44,447 nt of DNA from Bacteroidales bacterium. Its GTDB lineage: Bacteria; Bacteroidota; Bacteroidia; Bacteroidales; UBA12077. Positions 43,977 to 44,447 of the stretch are shown piece after piece. Position 1 is the first letter of the stretch, and each line of letters opens with the position of its first letter. A program made the position numbers and the translations under genes. The DNA is taken from NCBI GenBank assembly GCA_030668615.1, contig DAOUTQ010000003.1, forward strand, positions 1 to 44,447, written 5' to 3'. Under the pieces are notes generated by a model. The model did not search any database. It saw only the letters and a program-made list of their open reading frames with translations, and was not told the origin of the DNA.

Positions 43977-44447
43977 ATGCATTTATTCTACACTCCCGAT
44001 ATTTCAGAAGAAACTTATACTTTAAATGAAATTGAATCGAAACATTGCATAAAAGTTCTACGATTAAATACAAATGACCAGATTGAATTAATTGATGGTA
44101 AAGGCTCGTTTTATGAGGCAAAAATAATTGATCCTAACCCAAGAAAATGTAAAATTAAAATTACAAAAACCACTCGTGAATTTGGTAAAAGAAATCACTA
44201 TTTGCATATAGCAATTGCTCCTACTAAAAACATGGATCGTTTTGAATGGTTTCTCGAAAAAGCAACAGAAATTGGAATTGATGAAATAACTCCTCTCCTA
44301 TGCGATCATTCCGAAAGAAAGGTTATTAAGAACGAAAGACTTGAAAAAATAATTGTATCAGCTGTTAAGCAATCTATAAAAGCATATAAGCCTAAATTAA
44401 ACCCACTAACAAAGTATAGCGATTTTATTAAACAAAATTTTGATGGA
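43977..44447 (+). CDS. rsmE: 16S rRNA m3U1498 methyltransferase RsmE (3'-truncated by the window edge; absent from the ORF track)
   Basis: Manual translation: MHLFYTPDI...ESKHCIKVLRL...LIDGKG...LHIAIAPTKNMDRFEWFLEKATEIGIDEITP...SERK...SAVKQS. The frame is open to the window end. Confidence 0.95.
   Translation, partial: MHLFYTPDISEETYTLNEIESKHCIKVLRLNTNDQIELIDGKGSFYEAKIIDPNPRKCKIKITKTTREFGKRNHYLHIAIAPTKNMDRFEWFLEKATEIGIDEITPLLCDHSERKVIKNERLEKIIVSAVKQSIKAYKPKLNPLTKYSDFIKQNFDG

Overview
AT-rich chromosomal segment from a Bacteroidota genome, probably Bacteroidales. This is inferred from TAnnTTTG -7 promoter boxes, a T9SS type-B sorting-domain protein, a FISUMP lipoprotein and the xerD-aroQ-pyk and folP-cdaA gene orders. 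The right half is mostly housekeeping: pyk, aroQ, xerD, ppdK, pckA, plsY, mscS, cdaA, folP, tmk, a DoxX/BT_3928-like protein, an OppB-like permease, tpiA, prmA, a 1543-aa exported protein, yfcE and rsmE. The left half holds an NtrC/NtrY-like two-component pair, an S9 peptidase, exported proteins and a run of accessory genes at 17.8-22.4 kb. I found no rRNA, tRNA, CRISPR array or transposase. Most notable: (1) a single-ORF fusion of a NifS/IscS-type lyase carrying the selenocysteine-lyase-like GAACH motif with SelD; (2) a long KamA-family radical SAM enzyme with Lys/Asn at the substrate positions, as in glutamate 2,3-aminomutase rather than the lysine enzyme; (3) a diverged 72-bp copy of the pyk 3' end, in frame with the end of the FISUMP gene and bracketing a 1.65-kb insert; (4) two copies of a ~130-bp double-hairpin element with a compensatory base change; (5) mirror-image heptamer arrays flanking aroQ-xerD; (6) tmk in a slot I recall being held by DUF1599 in relatives; (7) an internally deleted methyltransferase relic missed by the ORF track.
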